NCBI RefSeq assembly: GCF_001194135.2 | Contig: NC_068983.1 | Location: 22,276,378 to 22,340,377 of the forward strand | From: Octopus bimaculoides | Lineage: Eukaryota | DNA: 64,000 nucleotides | Reading direction: 5' to 3' | Part shown: positions 63,925-64,000 of the stretch, one piece after another | Position numbering within the stretch: position 1 is the first letter of the stretch | Layout of the letters: the number at the start of each line of letters is the position of its first letter | Notes under the pieces: generated by a model | Databases searched by the model: none | The model's input: the letters and a program-made list of their open reading frames with translations, nothing else | What the model was told of the DNA's origin: nothing | Position numbers and translations under genes: made by a program

Positions 63925-64000
63925 GCAGTGGCTGCGTGGTAGGTAGCTTGCTTAACAACCACATGGTTCTGAGTTCAATCCCACTAAGTAGCACCTTGGC
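63925..64000 (+). mobile_element. SINE family B head, cut by window edge
   Basis: GTGGCTGCGTGGTAGGTAGCTTGCTTAACAACCACATGGTTCTGAGTTCAATCCCAC. Confidence 0.8.

Overview
Animal (metazoan) genomic scaffold. It is AT-rich, dense in microsatellites and broken by many N gaps. The repeat landscape looks like an octopus or other coleoid cephalopod (inference, not verified). One host protein-coding exon is clearly supported: the first or an early coding exon of a FoxN2/3 (FOXN3/CHES1-like) forkhead transcription factor on the minus strand (30654-31262). It has a canonical acceptor at 31281-31280 and a donor at 30653-30652 that splits the forkhead domain. The rest is probably intron or flank of this gene and is filled with mobile elements. 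These are RTE-type LINE pieces (one RT fragment with an in-frame PHD-like finger, plus many (GAT)n-tailed 3' ends), two R4/Dong-type RLE LINE fragments, a CR1-superfamily relic, and at least three tRNA-derived SINE families (labelled B, C and D here as working names). There are also three decayed mariner elements, pogo/Tigger-, hAT- and piggyBac-type MITEs, and short Penelope-like relics. The most unusual items are two minimal hammerhead-ribozyme-like motifs with palindromic stem III on the FoxN sense strand, the PHD-like finger in the RTE ORF2, a poly-Ile read-through tail behind the FoxN donor, an internally inverted mariner, and a palindromic MITE split by a SINE. No CRISPR array, rRNA or true tRNA gene was seen. 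Repeat boundaries were read by eye and are approximate unless TSD/TIR positions are given.
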